The notes: generated by a model from the letters alone, not told the origin. Numbered from the stretch's first letter, positions 1-10,237 are shown. The stretch is 64,000 bases of DNA from Sulfolobales archaeon HS-7 (GCA_019704295.1 AP024596.1:1696001-1760000); one strand, 5' to 3'. Numbers and translations are program-made.

Positions 1-198
1 GTCAGAGTACTTAAACGTAGCGGAGTAATCCCCTTTAAGCAAACCTATTCCCACCCTACCACTTACCTTATACTGCTCTCCCTCCTTCGAAATAGACTTT
101 ATCCCAGGGAAACATTGTGACACTTTCTCTGGTTGGGTGAGAAAATCCCACAGCTTATTTATTTCTACCTTTACTTCATTTTTTCCCTCAAAGTTCAT
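1..198 (-). CDS. coxG: CoxG/SRPBCC-family protein (3' end runs off the window)
   Basis: Hand-translated, not in ORF track: MNFEGKNEVKVEINKLWDFLTQPEKVSQCFPGIKSISKEGEQYKVSGRVGIGLLKGDY. The W-x-F-L-x-x-P...C-x-P-G pattern is typical of CoxG; adjacent to cutB/cutC/mocA. Confidence 0.85.
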   Translation of the reverse strand, partial: MNFEGKNEVKVEINKLWDFLTQPEKVSQCFPGIKSISKEGEQYKVSGRVGIGLLKGDYSATFKYSD

Positions 199-225
199 AG
201 GTAAGTTCTCTAATTTCTAGATTAA

Positions 226-792
226 ATGCAAATCGGAGTTGTAGTCCTAGCTGCTGGACAGTCCAAGAGATTTGGCAGTAACAAAATGTTGGCTGAAATA
301 AGAGGAGTTCCGATCATTAAATGGACGTTAAGCATTTATCAAGGATTTGAAAGAGTGATTATAGTTGGGAAAGACGCAGGGAAAATGCTTGAACTTTTGA
401 AAAACGAAGTCGTGATTTACAACCCGACCTACGAAAAAGGGATGAGTACTTCTCTAAAACTGGGCATTAAGTTTTTCCATGATAAACACGGTATTCTCGT
501 AGCCTTAGGTGACATGCCATTTATCAAGAGAGAAACTGTAAGTAAAATCTTGGGGTCTTTTTCCCTAGAGTGTTCAGCAGTTGTCCCCGTATATTCAAAT
601 ATTCCAGGAAATCCAGTGTTATTAGGTAAAAGGATATTCCAAAGCGTGTTGACACTTGAAGGGGATAGAGGTGCAAAGAAACTCCTCGAGGAGAGAAAAG
701 ATGTATGCTTTATAGACGTCGATGATGATGGTGTTACGCTAGACGTAGATACTCCTGAGGATTTTGCCTTATTTTTTCAGCGGCAAGTTTGA
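226..792 (+). CDS. mocA: Molybdenum cofactor cytidylyltransferase (MocA-like NTP transferase)
   Basis: LAAGxSxRFGxNK, [22 protein letters not shown] and DVDTPED motifs; next to xanthine oxidase-family subunits. Confidence 0.88.
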   Translation: MQIGVVVLAAGQSKRFGSNKMLAEIRGVPIIKWTLSIYQGFERVIIVGKDAGKMLELLKNEVVIYNPTYEKGMSTSLKLGIKFFHDKHGILVALGDMPFIKRETVSKILGSFSLECSAVVPVYSNIPGNPVLLGKRIFQSVLTLEGDRGAKKLLEERKDVCFIDVDDDGVTLDVDTPEDFALFFQRQV

Positions 793-1258
793 TGGCTTCT
801 ACAATGTTCTGATAGCCCGTGCATCTGCATAGATTTCCAGATATTCCCTCCCTTATCTCCTGTTCCGTCGGATTTTGATTATGCTTTAGAAACCAGTAGG
901 CTTGCAATATCATACCAGGCGTGCAATATCCGCACTGTAACCCGTGCTTTTCCCAAAATGCCTCCTGAATAGGGTGTAGTTTACCATCTTTTGCCATTCC
1001 CTCGATAGTAAGTATTTCAGAACCATCAGCTTCAACTGCCAGCAAAGTGCATGATTTCACTGACTTACCATTAAGTATTACAGTACAGGCACCGCAGTTA
1101 GAGGTATCACATCCTACGTGAACTCCCGTATATCCGAGATCCCTTAGCACGTGTACGAGCAACCGCCTTGGTTCTACCTCAACCTCTTGTTCCTCTCCAT
1201 TTACCTTTAATTTAATCTTAACTTTGTCGTTCTGAGTGTAGACTTTCATGACTTTCAC
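734..1258 (-). CDS. cutC: Aldehyde oxidoreductase/CODH-family small [2Fe-2S] subunit
   Basis: [20 protein letters not shown] and NLCRCTGY motifs. Confidence 0.93.
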   Translation of the reverse strand: MKVMKVYTQNDKVKIKLKVNGEEQEVEVEPRRLLVHVLRDLGYTGVHVGCDTSNCGACTVILNGKSVKSCTLLAVEADGSEILTIEGMAKDGKLHPIQEAFWEKHGLQCGYCTPGMILQAYWFLKHNQNPTEQEIREGISGNLCRCTGYQNIVEAIKLAAEKIRQNPQEYLRLA

Positions 1259-2106
1259 CTCTCAAGAGCTTCCTTTAAAGCTCTCTTAGTCATTACTTTC
1301 ACCATTTTCTTTTTGTATTCTACGGAACCCCTTATGTCCGCTGTTGGATTTGAAACCTTCATAGCTTCTTCTCCTGCCTTATCGAGTAGTTCGTCTGACG
1401 GCTTGTTACCTTTAAGTAATTCCTCTGCTTCCTTCGCTCTAATTGCTTTAGGTCCCACAGAAGTAAGACCTATCCTTACATCCTCTATCTCCTCTCCATT
1501 CATCTTGATCAAAACTGCTACTCCCACAATTGCGTAATCCCCAGCCCTTCTCTCAAGTTTCCTATATCTGTATTTATAGGCTGGCAACTTCGGAATAACG
1601 ATCTCTTGCACTAACTCCCCTTGCTTTAAGTCGGTTGTGAAAACGTCTTTCTGAAAACTCGAGAAAGGTACGTCCCTGACTCCCCCTCTATTTCTTATCC
1701 TAACTATAGCGTCGAGAGCTATCAGAGACGCAGGATAGTCTGCAGCGGGATCCGAATTAGAGACAACGCCCCCTATCGTACCCATATTCCTCACTTGTGG
1801 ATCAGCGACAACTGAGGCAGCCTCCGAAAGTAAAGGTACGTTTTTATTGATAATATCGTTTGTATTCAACTCGAAGTGAGTTACTAACGCACCAATAGAG
1901 ACAGTATCTTTCCCGTCATTAACGAAATGAAGTTCCTTTAAGCCCCTAATGTTTACTAGATAGGATGGTCTAATTATTCTCAGCTTTAACATGGGGATCA
2001 AGCTATGTCCCCCGGCTAATGGTCTTGCGTCCTGTTCTTTTTCTAGAAACTCAAGGACCTCGTCCATCGATTCAGGAATTACGTAACCGAACTTAGGTGG
2101 ATACAT
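1255..2106 (-). CDS. cutB: Aldehyde oxidoreductase/CODH-family FAD-binding medium subunit
   Basis: [29 protein letters not shown] and DIRGSVEYK motifs. Confidence 0.93.
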   Translation of the reverse strand: MYPPKFGYVIPESMDEVLEFLEKEQDARPLAGGHSLIPMLKLRIIRPSYLVNIRGLKELHFVNDGKDTVSIGALVTHFELNTNDIINKNVPLLSEAASVVADPQVRNMGTIGGVVSNSDPAADYPASLIALDAIVRIRNRGGVRDVPFSSFQKDVFTTDLKQGELVQEIVIPKLPAYKYRYRKLERRAGDYAIVGVAVLIKMNGEEIEDVRIGLTSVGPKAIRAKEAEELLKGNKPSDELLDKAGEEAMKVSNPTADIRGSVEYKKKMVKVMTKRALKEALER

Positions 2107-2424
2107 TACTTTAACTAACGTTACGCCAAATATAAATGCTACATCTTTTTGTTATAGCTAGAATATATTTATTGAATATACTATTGATACTACATTATTA
2201 ATCACAGAGGAGATTTTCGGGGCGATCCACGCCTCCTTTGCGAATTTTGTATATTTCAGTAAACATAATAAATTAAATTCAATTTTACTGCAATCACTGG
2301 TAGGGATTTAAACTTAGCAATTTACTGTATTTCGTCTTAATTTCTCTTAAATTACAATTCGCGATTAACTCATGAACGGCCCAAGTTTAGACCCTCATGA
2401 GTTACATCTTTAACCTAACGGGAA

Positions 2425-2600
2425 GTTAAGGGGACGAAAGTCTCCCTTCCATGAGAGATGGGTAGTCCCTTATGGAAACGACTTTATTTTTATATATACA
2501 TGATCCTCCGAAGGATACCAGTCAACTCCTTATAGAGGTGTTCGCATGCTAGCATTGACCATACTCAAGATTTTTAGTCTGTGAACTCCTCCCATAAGTT
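2425..2600. mobile_element. Decayed IS200/IS605-family end fragments (left end on +, possible right end on -)
   Basis: GTTAA-GGGGACGAAAGTCTCCCTTCC...GATGGGTAGTCCCTTATGGAAA closely parallels the left end of the element at 48608-48907. GTGAACTCCTCCC at 2581 reads GGGAGGAGTTCAC on the - strand. Confidence 0.55.
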
Positions 2601-2632
2601 CAGATCTTTCACCCTCATAGTTTAGTGAGCTC

Positions 2633-4180
2633 TTACTCTACTATTCCAATTCCGCGCGTTCTTCCTTCCCTGAAAACGAAAATTTGCCCATTCTCCATAT
2701 ATTCGGGCCGATATAGGAATTCCATTCTCACATTCGACGAATCTCCTGCTCTCAACACTTTCTTCTCTATATTCTTAAACCTTACTGCCTGCCTTATCGT
2801 AACTAAATGTAATGTGGCAACATAGCCTTCCTTAATCGTAGTCGGATGATGTAGTAAGAACACTCTTGCGTCAAATTCCGTAGTTCCTCTCGACGGTCTA
2901 TAGATTATAACCATTCCCTTCCTTAGGGAATCCTTTTCTATTCCCTGTAAGGCAAAAGTGGCTATAATCTTCGCTTGTACTCTATCGACGAAAACCCTAT
3001 TTACTTGTATCCCCTTTACCCTAACCTTAACGAATTGACCCTCCTGCGAAGGACCCAAGTATACTTCTTGGTTCATTTGAATGCTTCCACGAACTAAAGT
3101 TGCAAGGACAACTACTCCAACCCCTTTTACATCGTAAATTTCATCTATATACGCTAGTAAACCTGACTCTGATGGCGTTTTCTTCGATTGGAGCAGATTC
3201 ATGAACCTGAGTAGGAGAGGAATGCCTTCGTAAGTCACATTTGACACCCTGAATATTGGAACAACTCTGTTTGTCCTCATTGAGCGGAATGCGTTATACA
3301 GATCTCCCTCCTCTTCAACCACATAGGCTAGCTTGTTTATGCCGGGCAGTTTTAGAACAGACTTTACCTCATTCACCACTTTTTCAACTCTCTCCTTATC
3401 GTATTTATCGATCTTAGTTACTACTACGAACATAGGAATTTTCAGAACCGACGTTAGTCCTAAATGCTCTCTTCCCATAGAGCTCAACCCGTCATCGCAT
3501 CCAACTGTTAACATGACGTAATCCGTTCCGTAGCCCATTAGTCCTTTTAGTGTAGTCCTAAGGTACTTTTCGTGCCCCGCCAAGTCAATTATTTTAATTA
3601 TTTTAGAAGAACGCAGGGTAATCTCCGCCTCGTCCAGTGGGTCCCTCATATTATGGTTTACGACCCTCCCCTCTTGATCAAATCCAAGAATTCGCATTCC
3701 AACAGCCGAAGTCCTACCGCTTACTACTTCGTGTAGGAACCTTGCAACTGCGTTTCTCAGAATGCCGTTTCCGTCGTCTTTCCTTCCTGTTATTAATGCA
3801 CCAAGTAAAGTCGTCTTCCCGGCGTTCACATGTCCAAGAACAGCCACGTGAATGGTTATGGGCAACTTCTCCTTAGTTCGTCTAATCAAAATCTCAGCAG
3901 CGTACATACCATGATTAACCTCTACTCTCCTCAATATAGAAACTTTAGCATTGATCACCTCTGCGACCTTCCCAAGTATTTCTACACTTCGAGTGAGTTC
4001 CACCTCCGTTATTCCCTTAACTTGACCATCATCCGACACTCCTAGAAAATAGATAGCCTCGCCTCCTCCCTCCTCCAACCTGTACTTCATCTGCGTTGCT
4101 AATCTCTCAAGTCTATCAACATTGTCTGCACTGAGAAGTAGTTTATACTCTATTGCTCCTTCGTCCCTCTCTGGCTCCAT
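2633..4180 (-). CDS. GTPBP1-family translational GTPase (EF-1A-like)
   Basis: GHVNAGKTT, GRTS, DLAGHEKY and TKID G-motifs, EF-Tu-like domains II/III ending FREGRTRGIG, and the N-terminal EYKL...LATQMKYRLEEGGGEA extension. Confidence 0.9.
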   Translation of the reverse strand: MEPERDEGAIEYKLLLSADNVDRLERLATQMKYRLEEGGGEAIYFLGVSDDGQVKGITEVELTRSVEILGKVAEVINAKVSILRRVEVNHGMYAAEILIRRTKEKLPITIHVAVLGHVNAGKTTLLGALITGRKDDGNGILRNAVARFLHEVVSGRTSAVGMRILGFDQEGRVVNHNMRDPLDEAEITLRSSKIIKIIDLAGHEKYLRTTLKGLMGYGTDYVMLTVGCDDGLSSMGREHLGLTSVLKIPMFVVVTKIDKYDKERVEKVVNEVKSVLKLPGINKLAYVVEEEGDLYNAFRSMRTNRVVPIFRVSNVTYEGIPLLLRFMNLLQSKKTPSESGLLAYIDEIYDVKGVGVVVLATLVRGSIQMNQEVYLGPSQEGQFVKVRVKGIQVNRVFVDRVQAKIIATFALQGIEKDSLRKGMVIIYRPSRGTTEFDARVFLLHHPTTIKEGYVATLHLVTIRQAVRFKNIEKKVLRAGDSSNVRMEFLYRPEYMENGQIFVFREGRTRGIGIVE

Positions 4181-4247
4181 ATTTCCCAGGCTTATAAAGC
4201 CCCCACCTTTACTTCTGCTTTTTATCTTTTAAACATTATTATTAAGT

Positions 4248-4730
4248 ATGGGAAAGCTCGAGCTGATATATGAAGAGACTTTGGAGTGTCCAATTTGTCA
4301 TAACAAGACGCTTTTAGTGACTGATTACATCTACGATAGTGGGATCACAGGTAAGCTCTTACTTTCCTCCAGTTCTTGTTCTACCTGTGGGTATAAAGTG
4401 GCTAGTGAATCTCCCGTTGAAGTTAATGAGGAAAAGATTATAGAAATAAAAGTTAACAATGAAGATGACCTAGGCACGTTAGTTTACAGATCGGGTTTTG
4501 CAATGATAAGAATCCCAGAATTGGGACTGGAGGATTTCCCAGGAGGTTCGTCGCCTGGAGAGATCACGACAATTGAGGGTATTCTAGAAAGACTTATTGA
4601 GAACCTTAAGGACTTCGGAGATGTTTCCAAGTTAGAGCAGGCTATGCGTGGAGACATTAAATTTACAATAATAATAGAAGATCCTTACGGCTTAAGCTTT
4701 GCGATTAAAAAAAATATTACTCAATCTTGA
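4248..4730 (+). CDS. ZPR1-type zinc finger protein
   Basis: CPIC...CSTC and IPELG...GEITTIEGIL...EDPYG motifs. Confidence 0.88.
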   Translation: MGKLELIYEETLECPICHNKTLLVTDYIYDSGITGKLLLSSSSCSTCGYKVASESPVEVNEEKIIEIKVNNEDDLGTLVYRSGFAMIRIPELGLEDFPGGSSPGEITTIEGILERLIENLKDFGDVSKLEQAMRGDIKFTIIIEDPYGLSFAIKKNITQS

Positions 4731-5241
4731 TTTCCTTGCCTTTAAATGACTGCTGTTTCTTCTTGAGATTAATTTCCAGAACACCGTTCTTGTATGTAGC
4801 TTTGACACTGTCCTCGTCCACCTCTGCGGGGAGTTCAACAGTCTTACTGTATTTCTTATCCTGTGCATCTGCAGTGATAAACAGCTTATCGCCATTTATA
4901 CTGACCTTAATCTTGTCCTTATCTGCGCCTGGAATTTCCGCCAGTACTCTAATGTCATTATCTTTTTCAATTATATCGACTAGTGGTTCCCTCTCGTTAC
5001 TTATTACAGGTTTGCTTCCAAGTCTCTTTACGTTACCGAATTCCTGAATCTGCGGTTTTCCATCAGGTCCTACGGTTACCCTGAATCCATACACGTAAGG
5101 TCCTATTTCTCCAGTTGATGAGGTGCTTGCTCTCCTCATAAGTTCCCTCTCAAACTCCTCGAATTCCTTCTGCATATCCTCAATCATCTCGTCGAAGTAA
5201 TCGAATATATCCCTAATCTTCTTGGGCATCGTGGTCACCAA
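4717..5241 (-). CDS. hsp20: Small heat shock protein Hsp20
   Basis: GPYVYGF...GPDGKP...EFGN, REPLVD, AEIPG, ATYKNGVLEI and C-terminal IKIE. Confidence 0.95.
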   Translation of the reverse strand: MVTTMPKKIRDIFDYFDEMIEDMQKEFEEFERELMRRASTSSTGEIGPYVYGFRVTVGPDGKPQIQEFGNVKRLGSKPVISNEREPLVDIIEKDNDIRVLAEIPGADKDKIKVSINGDKLFITADAQDKKYSKTVELPAEVDEDSVKATYKNGVLEINLKKKQQSFKGKEIKIE

Positions 5242-5337
5242 GTACTTCTGGCCTCTTAAGGAAATAAAGTTAACCGAACGAAAAAAATTTAAGTCAGAGC
5301 ACGTAATATTTATTTTTTAATAAAAAGAGAAGTGAAT

Positions 5338-5394
5338 AAATGATTAAAGCTCAGGCATCTGAGGAATGATGAATGCCCGACCCAAGGATGAACT
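5338..5394 (+). ncRNA. Candidate box C/D guide sRNA
   Basis: ATGATTA (C, 5340) - 12 nt - CTGA (D', 5359) - ATGATGA (C', 5366) - 15 nt - ATGA (imperfect D, 5388). Confidence 0.55.
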
Positions 5395-5815
5395 ACGGTT
5401 GAATTAATTCAATTAGAACTCCGTTAGCGGATCGGGGATGGATGAAAACGGTTAGGTAATTTAAGGCTCCTCTCCTTGGGGTTTCATCTATGAAAGTATA
5501 ATTCGACTTCATCTTCTGAATGAATTCCCATATATTGGGGACTAGTATTGCAATATGATGTAGCCCTTCTCCTCTTTTGGTGAGGAATCTAGCAACGGGA
5601 TTGACTTCGTTATAATGAACGGGCTGGATTAGTTCTATCATGGAGTCCCCATTCCTCAAGAAAATAACTTTAATATCCCTGTCCTCTAAAACCCCGGACC
5701 ACGTTATGTCAAAGCCTAATGTTTCGTAAATTTTAGACGTCTTCTCCAAATTTTTAGTGGCTATTCCAACGTGATGAATTCCGGTACTCATCATATGATT
5801 TTTAAGGTAGAACAT
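5393..5815 (-). CDS. mce: Methylmalonyl-CoA epimerase (VOC family)
   Basis: IHHVGIA, IELIQP, RGEGLHHIA and FIHPRSANGVLIEL. True start is probably one of the internal Mets (MMSTG). Confidence 0.9.
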   Translation of the reverse strand: MFYLKNHMMSTGIHHVGIATKNLEKTSKIYETLGFDITWSGVLEDRDIKVIFLRNGDSMIELIQPVHYNEVNPVARFLTKRGEGLHHIAILVPNIWEFIQKMKSNYTFIDETPRRGALNYLTVFIHPRSANGVLIELIQP

Positions 5816-5827
5816 TAATAGTTGATT

Positions 5828-5944
5828 ATGATAACTAACTCGATTGCTAACGTAGGGACAATAATTTACGCTTCAGCCTACCTTTCGTTACTCCTAGCAT
5901 CGATAGGTGCCGCTATAGTGCTAATAAATAGGAGGAAGACATAA
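5828..5944 (+). CDS. Putative 38-aa single-pass membrane micro-protein
   Basis: Hand-translated: MITNSIANVGTIIYASAYLSLLLASIGAAIVLINRRKT*. One hydrophobic helix plus a basic tail; fills the gap between mce and the T4P operon. Confidence 0.5.
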   Translation: MITNSIANVGTIIYASAYLSLLLASIGAAIVLINRRKT

Positions 5945-6034
5945 CTAACCAGAATGTCCTAGGAAAACCTTAAAATATTACTTAGCGGGGCAAGGGAGAT
6001 TCAAAAAAGGGGGGTATAGGAGGTTAAAGAAAAG

Positions 6035-7954
6035 TTAACTTAGCAACGTGAGAAGATTACCTAATTGAAACGGATTTATATGTAGTATGTAGAAAAGGGA
6101 TAATTCCATGGCAAGGATAGAAGCTAAAGCTACTATAGAAACCTGAAAAACTCTAAAAGTACTTTTGGCAGTAGAATCGTAGGCTTTTGCGTATAAAATT
6201 CCAAAGATCACTCCTGTTTCAGCTATCATAAACTCTAGGGTAGGAAGCATTTGCTCAAGTACATTTCCAATGTGTGTAAAAGCTTGGAAGAAAGTCAATA
6301 TACCGGTAAGTCCGCCAAGCGAAACTGAGAAGCCTTGAGCAGAAGCTGTCTGTATCGTGGATTGGAGATCGGGTACTTGAACAAGAGACGATATTGTAAC
6401 CATGACGTACACGGTAAGTACTATTATTCCAGCTAGTAGGGCAGGAGCAAGTACGGTAGAACCTAGAAAAGCATATAGACTTTCCTTTTTCTTTTGCAAC
6501 GCATCATAATACGCATCCCCTATTTCAGAAAGTCGCCTTAAGACATCATATCTTAAAACTCCTTGCCTATCCATATCGATAAGGGATCTAAATACGGTCT
6601 TTGCCAACCACGAGTCGGAGTCAGGATAAACCTGACCTACTGTTACTGCCTCAGACAAGTAACTATCGATCATTCGGTTTATTTCCCTTCCAAACGCCTT
6701 GTTCCCCCTCAGTTTGGTTAATGCCGTATAAAGATTGTCTCCTGTAGACCTTATGTGCTCAGCTACAGACCTTAGAAATATTGGCATTTTCTCATCTGCC
6801 TCATTCTTCCATTTCATTCTTCGATATATCGGATAACCATAAACTGCCGTAAAAACCATTACGGGAAATAGAAATAACATCCATAACTGAACGGAAAACC
6901 GCAAAAAGTTCTCCAAAAGGAATATACCCGCAAACGTGCCCCCACCTAGGAATAAACCCCAAAACAGATTTCCCTTTATCTTAACGTCCTCCGGGGGAGA
7001 TTGAAAAACTAAGTAAAGAATCAATCCAATTCCTAATAACGGATACATAAAGAAGGCTATTGAATCAGCACCGTATATCGGATTGTTTTGAACAATGGCA
7101 AACCATATGGCAAGCATAGGGAGCATTAACAAAAAGAGTAACGAGAGTTCGCTCATGCTAGATGCGACCTTTCCAAATCTCTCCCACTTATCTCGAAGGA
7201 AGTCCATTACTTCGACTGTCATTCTGTCCAAATATGAGGATAGACTTCCTCCTATCTTAGATATTGATACAGAACCTGAGAGAATTCTTTCAAATATCGT
7301 TGATGGGTGATCTATTGCTTCTCTCATTACTGCATCGTCAGGTTGCATTGAGAATACTACGAAGTCCCTGTAAATTTTCTCAAATTCCCTAGATGATTCC
7401 GGAAGGGTGTCCTTCTCTCGCTTAAGCTGTTCAATCATTTTTATAACTCCAATCCCTAGCTGGGACATGCTCCACATCATAAGTGCCAGAATTGGTAATT
7501 CTTTCGACATTTGAGAGGATATATTATTTCTAATCTCGTAAGTTTTTACCCAAGGGTAAAATATTGTTAATGGGGACAACGCGGCGGAGGCTAAACCATA
7601 GTAAGGATTTCCCGTAAACACGTAAATAAAGATAGAGACTATTGCTACAAGGGGAAAACCCAATAATGTGTACCATTTAGCTTGGGACAGCCAAAGGTCA
7701 GGACTCTCAATAACCTTTGCTCTCTCTATTAGAGAGGCCATAACGTCAACCATATCCGAATTTCTATACTTAAACGATAAAACAGTTAAGAGGGTGGTGT
7801 AGATGGCTAAAGATGACAATATCGTGAATAGATATATATTTTTAACGAAATAAAGAAATATTATCGAGAGGGCTAAAAAGGTTGCAGTGAGGATCGTGCC
7901 AAGGGACGGATTGTAAATTTCTAATGAGAAACTTCTCTTCACTCCTCCTATCAC
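6035..7954 (-). CDS. T4P/T2SS inner-membrane platform protein (TadC/GspF-like, two repeats)
   Basis: Polytopic membrane protein with two T2SSF-like cytoplasmic domains (ELP...SREFEKI; MPIFLRSVAEHIRSTG). Start overlaps the ATPase stop. Confidence 0.88.
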   Translation of the reverse strand: MIGGVKRSFSLEIYNPSLGTILTATFLALSIIFLYFVKNIYLFTILSSLAIYTTLLTVLSFKYRNSDMVDVMASLIERAKVIESPDLWLSQAKWYTLLGFPLVAIVSIFIYVFTGNPYYGLASAALSPLTIFYPWVKTYEIRNNISSQMSKELPILALMMWSMSQLGIGVIKMIEQLKREKDTLPESSREFEKIYRDFVVFSMQPDDAVMREAIDHPSTIFERILSGSVSISKIGGSLSSYLDRMTVEVMDFLRDKWERFGKVASSMSELSLLFLLMLPMLAIWFAIVQNNPIYGADSIAFFMYPLLGIGLILYLVFQSPPEDVKIKGNLFWGLFLGGGTFAGIFLLENFLRFSVQLWMLFLFPVMVFTAVYGYPIYRRMKWKNEADEKMPIFLRSVAEHIRSTGDNLYTALTKLRGNKAFGREINRMIDSYLSEAVTVGQVYPDSDSWLAKTVFRSLIDMDRQGVLRYDVLRRLSEIGDAYYDALQKKKESLYAFLGSTVLAPALLAGIIVLTVYVMVTISSLVQVPDLQSTIQTASAQGFSVSLGGLTGILTFFQAFTHIGNVLEQMLPTLEFMIAETGVIFGILYAKAYDSTAKSTFRVFQVSIVALASILAMELSLFYILHINPFQLGNLLTLLS

Positions 7955-9486
7955 ATTACTCCCCTCCTTTCGTAGAACTTCTGGAGTCCGCTCTTGAACT
8001 CGGTAATCGTACTCTTTGCGGTTAGTTTGAAGAATTCATTCCTTTCCTCTAATTCTAGTTTGAGCCCTTCCTCAGTTTTCCCCTTTTTATACGCTAATAA
8101 GGAGAGCCGTTTGCTTTTGATGAGATCAGAGTCGTCCCACATATCAGTCACAGGGTTATAAACAGCTAGTCTATTATAGACGGCTTGACCTTGAATGAGA
8201 TTAATCTCTCCCATTTCCTGTACTCTTCTCCTCAGAAACGTATTTCCATTTACGTTCACTGGAAAGGAATCAATGAATACTACTAAGGAAATTATTGAGA
8301 AGAAAGAGTCGTCAATACCTGAGTAATTAAATCTGGCCTTCAGTGATGGGAAGTCCTCTGCGTGAATTGAGGTCACTCCTCCGTGACCGCTGGCCACTGA
8401 ATGAATGAACTCGTTTAATTCCTCCTTTGTCCTCACCTCTCCTACTGACACTAGATCCGGTCTTATCCTCAGCGTGTGAGCTATCAGTTTATCGAGAGGT
8501 ATGTCAACAGCCTCGGCATACTCCATAAAAGTTGTACTTTTTCTGGAAATCAGCCTTACCCAGTTAGGATGAATTACCTTAAGTTCTGGGATTTCCTCAA
8601 CCGTCACTATTTTCCAAGTTGGTGGAAGAATGGTAAGCATGCCGTTTATAAGTGTCGTCTTACCGGTTCCCGATCTCCCAACCACTAATACGACTCCCCT
8701 ATTTTCCAACACATACCATATTGCTGATGCCATCCAATCGGACATAATTCTCTTGCTGTAAATCATATAACTAAGGGTCCATACGTCTTCTAAGGGTTTT
8801 CTTATAGATATCGATGAACCTGGAAGAGAAACCTCCCTTCCGTAAGTAAGGGCTAATCTGTATCCCTCAGGAGAAATAGCATCGACTATTGGTTTTGCTA
8901 GTGTAACGGACTTTCCAGCCTTCAATGCTATTCTCTGAACGAGGTAATCCGCGTCACTTGGAGTTAGATGAATGTTGGTCGGAAGCCACGTTCCGAAACC
9001 TCTGTGAAAGACCCATACTACGTCTCCCCTTGCTTTATCAACTCCAGCACCTGCATATGAAATATCCTCAATCTCCATATCGTCAAAGAGAGGAGTTAGT
9101 ACATTATATCTGAGGATGTCCCTTATCACGTAGTAACCCATAGTTTTGTCGTAGTCTATAGCCTGCAAAATTTGAGCTATCAACTGATCCTCCTCAGAGG
9201 GTTTTATGACGTAATACAGCATTTTCATCTTATTTTCAAGTTTAGCCTTCTTCTTCTCGTCAAGATAAGGTTCATCAATTTGATAGGAGAATCCATCGTT
9301 AGTCTTTACTACATATGAAGATGGGTACTCAACTCCTTTATCCTCATATTTCCACTTTAATTTAGTTTCGGATAGGATCTCTCCTTTATCCACCTTTTTA
9401 AGACATTTTATATTAATGTCAGTACCAAGTGGTGTTTCAGATGCCGTCACAATCTTCTTTCTCTTAAACAAAGACATCTTACCCAC
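7951..9486 (-). CDS. T4P assembly ATPase (VirB11/TadA/ArlI-like)
   Basis: Walker A GRSGTGKTT, Asp box VTVEEIPEL, Walker B RPDLVSVGEVR, His box SGHGGVTSIHA. Confidence 0.93.
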   Translation of the reverse strand: MGKMSLFKRKKIVTASETPLGTDINIKCLKKVDKGEILSETKLKWKYEDKGVEYPSSYVVKTNDGFSYQIDEPYLDEKKKAKLENKMKMLYYVIKPSEEDQLIAQILQAIDYDKTMGYYVIRDILRYNVLTPLFDDMEIEDISYAGAGVDKARGDVVWVFHRGFGTWLPTNIHLTPSDADYLVQRIALKAGKSVTLAKPIVDAISPEGYRLALTYGREVSLPGSSISIRKPLEDVWTLSYMIYSKRIMSDWMASAIWYVLENRGVVLVVGRSGTGKTTLINGMLTILPPTWKIVTVEEIPELKVIHPNWVRLISRKSTTFMEYAEAVDIPLDKLIAHTLRIRPDLVSVGEVRTKEELNEFIHSVASGHGGVTSIHAEDFPSLKARFNYSGIDDSFFSIISLVVFIDSFPVNVNGNTFLRRRVQEMGEINLIQGQAVYNRLAVYNPVTDMWDDSDLIKSKRLSLLAYKKGKTEEGLKLELEERNEFFKLTAKSTITEFKSGLQKFYERRGVM

Positions 9487-10237
9487 CTCCTTCGCAGACC
9501 CTTCTGTAGCATGGCTGAAAGTCGTTTAATGGAAGCATTGAAGAGTGTTCTAGATTACCGTAAGCTGTTGTAACTGCAGCCATGATATTCTGAAATTCAT
9601 GCTGGCTTAACTCATTGAAGAAATACGTATTGATCAGAACGTTTTTCGAGCCAATAGGCGGTAGGTTAAGGTTACACCCATTCCCCCGATGCAGTCCGTA
9701 CGTTACATTATTGTAATCTTGGATGCTTTGAAACACGTAGTATGTTATTGAATATTCCTGTCCAGGAGCTAAATTCAGATTTAGGGGTTCACGATACCAC
9801 GGAGTACCTTCTGGTACACCACCAATAGCATCCAACATTTCTAGGCTATCTATATGAGATACCACGGAACCGATATTCTTTATGATTATGTTGATTTCAT
9901 AGTAACTTCCCCAAAACTTCTCCCCTAGAGGTAGCGAACATGGTTGTGGAGGTGGAAGAGGGGGTGGAAGAGGTAGAGGTGTCGTATAATATTTCACTAT
10001 CACGCAATGCTTTACTATTGATAGGGTTACGGAGATGTCTTCCTGATTTTTATTTTGTATGTGAAGTTGAGCTTGGCTAATTTCAGTTGAAATAGCTTGA
10101 TTATCTGCAAAGAATATCCCCAAAGCAGCGAGTGAGGCTAGGACTATAAGGAGGAATATTATCGTTCCAATTACTGTCCCTAAACCTCTCCGAAGGAAAC
10201 CCAATCCATAATTAAACACTATACGGAACCACCTCAT
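9479..10237 (-). CDS. Prepilin-like protein 4 (minor/tip pilin, Pro-rich insert)
   Basis: Class III signal peptide RRG|LGTVIGTIIFLLIVLASLAALGIFF, a PLPLPPPLPPPQP segment and 5 Cys. Confidence 0.8.
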   Translation of the reverse strand: MRWFRIVFNYGLGFLRRGLGTVIGTIIFLLIVLASLAALGIFFADNQAISTEISQAQLHIQNKNQEDISVTLSIVKHCVIVKYYTTPLPLPPPLPPPQPCSLPLGEKFWGSYYEINIIIKNIGSVVSHIDSLEMLDAIGGVPEGTPWYREPLNLNLAPGQEYSITYYVFQSIQDYNNVTYGLHRGNGCNLNLPPIGSKNVLINTYFFNELSQHEFQNIMAAVTTAYGNLEHSSMLPLNDFQPCYRRVCEGGG

